Source: an uncultured Acetobacteraceae bacterium (GTDB lineage: Bacteria; Pseudomonadota; Alphaproteobacteria; Acetobacterales; Acetobacteraceae). Taken from it: a stretch of 64,000 nt of DNA. Position 1 is the first letter of the stretch, and each line of letters starts with the position of its first letter. The position numbers were made by a program, and so were the translations under genes. Location: NCBI GenBank assembly GCA_964246015.1, contig CAXTPG010000011.1, positions 357-64,356 of the forward strand, written 5' to 3'. The notes below the pieces were generated by a model that was not told the DNA's origin, made no database searches, and was given only the letters and a program-made list of their open reading frames with translations. Positions 61,556 through 64,000 of this stretch are shown here, piece by piece.

Positions 61556-61992
61556 CAGCTCATCTTTCGCAGAAGTGTCAGGAAGGTGCGCCGTTCCGAG
61601 GCCGACAGGGGCGCCAACGTCGCCTCGGTCACCGCTCGGCCACCGTCGATGGCGCGTGCCGCGACCTGCAGCCCGGCCGCGGTGGGCGACAGCACGGTGG
61701 TCCGACGATCCATCGGGTCGGGGCGGCGTTCGATCAGTCCACGCTCGACCATGCGGCGCACGACGCCCTGCACGGTCGCCGGGTCCATGGCGGACAGGCG
61801 GCCCAGATGGTTCTGCGTGACGGCGCCCAACTCCACGACGCGGATCAGGGCGTTGAACTGCGTGGGCGTCAGTTCGGTTTCCGCCATCTCATCCTGGAAC
61901 AGGGCGACATGGCGCTGATGCGCGCGCCGCAGCAGGAAGCCGACCTGGGCCTCGATCTCGTACCCTGCGAGCACCGTCGCACCGTCCGCCAT
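61555..61992 (-). CDS. MarR family transcriptional regulator
   Basis: 145 aa. Winged-helix pattern (LTPTQFNALIRV...TQNHLGRLSAMDPATVQGVVRRM.ERGLI.R..DP.DRR). Confidence 0.9.
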   Translation of the reverse strand: MADGATVLAGYEIEAQVGFLLRRAHQRHVALFQDEMAETELTPTQFNALIRVVELGAVTQNHLGRLSAMDPATVQGVVRRMVERGLIERRPDPMDRRTTVLSPTAAGLQVAARAIDGGRAVTEATLAPLSASERRTFLTLLRKMS

Positions 61993-62009
61993 GGCAGCGG
62001 AGCTCCAAC

Positions 62010-62025
62010 CATTCGTGTGCGAATG
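62010..62025. promoter_or_regulatory. Short palindrome upstream of marR (candidate operator)
   Basis: cattcg-tgtg-cgaatg, 18-33 nt upstream of the marR start codon. Confidence 0.25.
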
Positions 62026-62058
62026 ATCGGGGAGGCGCAGCCTTCCGTCAACCGGCGG

Positions 62059-62826
62059 TCAGGCGGCGACGGCGTTCCGCACGGCCCGCCGGCGCATCAG
62101 GACGATGACCGCGCCCAGGCCGATCATCATCACCGCCCAGGTCGCAGGCTCGGGCGCCGCGACAAGCGAGACGCCGTCCAGCAGCGAGAACGGCGGCACG
62201 CCCGACGGCGACCCGGCCGCCAGGAAGCTCAGCACCTGCGTCGCCGCGCTGGCAGTGAAGTAGACGGTTTCCTGCCGCCAAGGGGTGAAGCCCTTGCTGG
62301 GCGTCGACACGGTCGCCGTGTTGTAGGTCTGGGCGCCGAACGTGACGCCCCACGACTCCGTCGTGTCGCCGGTAAAGCCGGCCTGCTGCCCGGCCGCCCA
62401 GTTGAAGGTCAACTGGTAGACGGCGCCCACGGTCAGCCCGGCGATGCTCTGCGTGATCGACCCCGTCCCATACGCCCCGTCCGCACCCACGAAGTTGCCG
62501 CCGGTCGGGCTGACGGCCGGAAGGGCGTTCCCGGTCGCACCGCCGTTGTTGGGGCCCCACAGCTTCAGGGAGTTGCTGAATTCCGGCGAGTAGGAGCCGG
62601 TCGTGTCCGCGCTGCCGGGCGTGAAGAAGAAGTTGTAGCCGTTGTTCGTCCACCCCGTCAGCGTCGCGCCGGACACGCCCGGGCGCGCAAGCTGCGTCGC
62701 AGTCCCTGTCGAAGCCTGCTCGAAATCACCGTTCACCACCAGGTTCGGCGCGGCCTGCGCCACGCCGGCCATCGCGATCAGCGCGAAACCGGCGATCGCC
62801 GCCAAACAGGATAACGACGTCTTCAT
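62059..62826 (-). CDS. PEPxxWA-CTERM sorting-domain protein with an N-terminal DUF642/CBM-like beta-sandwich domain
   Basis: 255 aa. Signal peptide MKTSLSCLAAIAGFALIAMAGVAQA. Domain opening NLVVNGDFE...TGWT. C-terminus VAAPEPATWAVMMIGLGAVIVLMRRRA, which is PEP plus a TM helix plus a basic cluster. Confidence 0.85.
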   Translation of the reverse strand: MKTSLSCLAAIAGFALIAMAGVAQAAPNLVVNGDFEQASTGTATQLARPGVSGATLTGWTNNGYNFFFTPGSADTTGSYSPEFSNSLKLWGPNNGGATGNALPAVSPTGGNFVGADGAYGTGSITQSIAGLTVGAVYQLTFNWAAGQQAGFTGDTTESWGVTFGAQTYNTATVSTPSKGFTPWRQETVYFTASAATQVLSFLAAGSPSGVPPFSLLDGVSLVAAPEPATWAVMMIGLGAVIVLMRRRAVRNAVAA

Positions 62827-62923
62827 GACAGATCAGCCTTCACGATCGCCCGCCCCTGAGGGACATTCCCGATAGAATGACGACCATTTACCGATTTTGG
62901 CCCGAAAACGCAACCGCTACCTT

Positions 62924-63580
62924 TCAGGCAGCCCGCAGCCCTTCGTGCACGATGAACGCCGCTTCCGTCTTCGCCCGCAGCTCGTCCACCGTTACGCCGG
63001 GCGCCATGTCCATAAGGGTCAACCCGTCCGCACCGGGCTGATCGACCTGCAGCACACAGAGATCCGTCACGATCAGGCTGACGACGCCGGCGCCGGTCAG
63101 GGGCAGGGTGCAGCGCTTCAGGATCTTCGCCTCCCCCCGCGCGGTGTGCTCCATCAACACGACGCATTTCGGCACGCCCGCGACCAGGTCCATCGCGCCG
63201 CCCATGCCCTTCACCATCTTGCCAGGGATCATCCAGTTGGCGAGGTCGCCGTTCTCCGCGACCTGCAACGCGCCCAGGATGCTGATGGCGATGTGGCCAC
63301 CGCGGATCATCGCAAAGCTCTGGGCGCTGTCGAAGATGCTGGTCGTGGGCAGCATCGTGACGGTCTGCTTGCCGGCGTTGATGAGGTCCGCGTCCTCCTC
63401 GCCCTCGAACGGGAAGGGGCCGATGCCCAGCATGCCGTTCTCGCTCTGAAGCTGGACGTTGATGCCGGCCGGGATGTGGTTCGCGACCAGGGTCGGGATG
63501 CCGATCCCGAGGTTCACGTACATGCCGTCCTGCAGTTCCCGCGCGGCGCGCGCCGCCATCTCGTCCCGTGTCCAGGCCAT
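62924..63580 (-). CDS. scoB: 3-oxoacid CoA-transferase, subunit B
   Basis: 218 aa. Motifs YVNLGIG.P, the catalytic-Glu block SENG, and GMGGAMDL. Confidence 0.9.
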   Translation of the reverse strand: MAWTRDEMAARAARELQDGMYVNLGIGIPTLVANHIPAGINVQLQSENGMLGIGPFPFEGEEDADLINAGKQTVTMLPTTSIFDSAQSFAMIRGGHIAISILGALQVAENGDLANWMIPGKMVKGMGGAMDLVAGVPKCVVLMEHTARGEAKILKRCTLPLTGAGVVSLIVTDLCVLQVDQPGADGLTLMDMAPGVTVDELRAKTEAAFIVHEGLRAA

Positions 63581-63593
63581 CGCCGTGCCTCCC

Positions 63594-64000
63594 CTATGCC
63601 GCGCGCTTGCGCACGGTGCGTTGCTCGATGCGCTTGGTGACGCCCGGCACGTGGACCAGGCGCTGCACGAAGATGCCGGGGGTCACGACCACGTCGGGAT
63701 CGATCTCGCCGGGCTGGACCAGGTGCTCGACCTCGGCGACCGTGACCTTCGCGGCGGTCGCCATGTTCGGGTTGAAGTTCCGGGCCGTGCGCCGGTAGAC
63801 GAGGTTGCCTTCCGTGTCGCCCTTCCAGGCGTGGATGATGGCCAGATCCGCGAACAACCCGCGCTCCATGATGTAGCGGCTGCCGTCGAACGTCCGCTCC
63901 TCCTTGCCCTCCGCCACGGCGGTGCCGACGCCCGTGCGGGTGAAGAAGGCGGGGATCCCGGCGCCGCCGGCACGGATGCGCTCGGCCAGGGTGCCCTGCG
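63594..64000 (-). CDS. scoA: 3-oxoacid CoA-transferase, subunit A (N-terminus beyond the window edge)
   Basis: The reading frame stays open to the window end (...[38 protein letters not shown]...). The C-terminal blocks A.K.D..GN and ATAA...AEVE are typical. Confidence 0.85.
   Translation of the reverse strand, partial: QGTLAERIRAGGAGIPAFFTRTGVGTAVAEGKEERTFDGSRYIMERGLFADLAIIHAWKGDTEGNLVYRRTARNFNPNMATAAKVTVAEVEHLVQPGEIDPDVVVTPGIFVQRLVHVPGVTKRIEQRTVRKRAA

Noticed and set aside
1-64000. Mobile genetic elements, genomic-island borders, tRNA/rRNA genes and CRISPR arrays.
   Set aside because: I saw no integrase, transposase, recombinase or phage structural gene signatures, and no tRNA-like sequences in intergenic gaps. 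All gaps are under 310 bp and were inspected. No spaced direct-repeat arrays were seen. Island status of the accessory clusters cannot be claimed from this window alone.

Overview
This is a 64-kb, very GC-rich chromosomal segment. The gene content looks alphaproteobacterial (MinCDE, MlaA/MlaC, Ada, a PEP-CTERM-type protein). I call 58 protein-coding genes; two of them are cut by the window edges. Coding density is high, and many neighbouring genes have start and stop codons overlapping by 1 or 4 nt, which suggests translational coupling.

I found no rRNA, tRNA, CRISPR array, transposase or integrase. Most of the long Arg/Pro/Gly-rich ORFs in the six-frame track are opposite-strand or off-frame shadows of real genes, which is typical at this GC content.

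**Housekeeping genes:** rsmB, minCDE, prmA, uvrD, metF, mlaA/mlaC, aminopeptidase P and scoAB.

**Accessory content worth a second look:**
1. **Carrier-protein operon (20310-27324).** Six genes are joined by overlapping start/stop codons. They are built around a tRNA-independent seryl-tRNA-synthetase homologue (an amino acid:[carrier protein] ligase) with its carrier protein. The other members are an ACAD flavoprotein, a DUF1839-like protein, a fused double alpha/beta-hydrolase with non-Ser nucleophile positions, and a GH2/beta-mannosidase-like protein in which both catalytic Glu appear to be lost. The pathway product is unknown.
2. **EAL / STAND / deaminase cluster (46207-51510).** A stand-alone EAL phosphodiesterase sits next to a 1185-aa membrane-spanning STAND-type NTPase with a DUF4062/TIR-like N-terminus. 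A Tat-signal-bearing CDA-fold zinc deaminase follows.
3. **Giant repeat protein (4162-8181).** This 1339-aa protein has no signal peptide. It contains two beta-helix modules and 14 copies of a ~37-aa repeat arranged in a higher-order repeat, and it sits behind an unusually AT-rich upstream region.
4. **Ada module (8374-10243).** ada is coupled to a non-AlkB 2OG-Fe(II) oxygenase, and the divergent promoter carries a palindromic double Ada box.
5. **PEPxxWA-CTERM sorting-signal protein (62059-62826).**

All functional calls come from reading motifs by eye and from memory of protein families. No database search was run.
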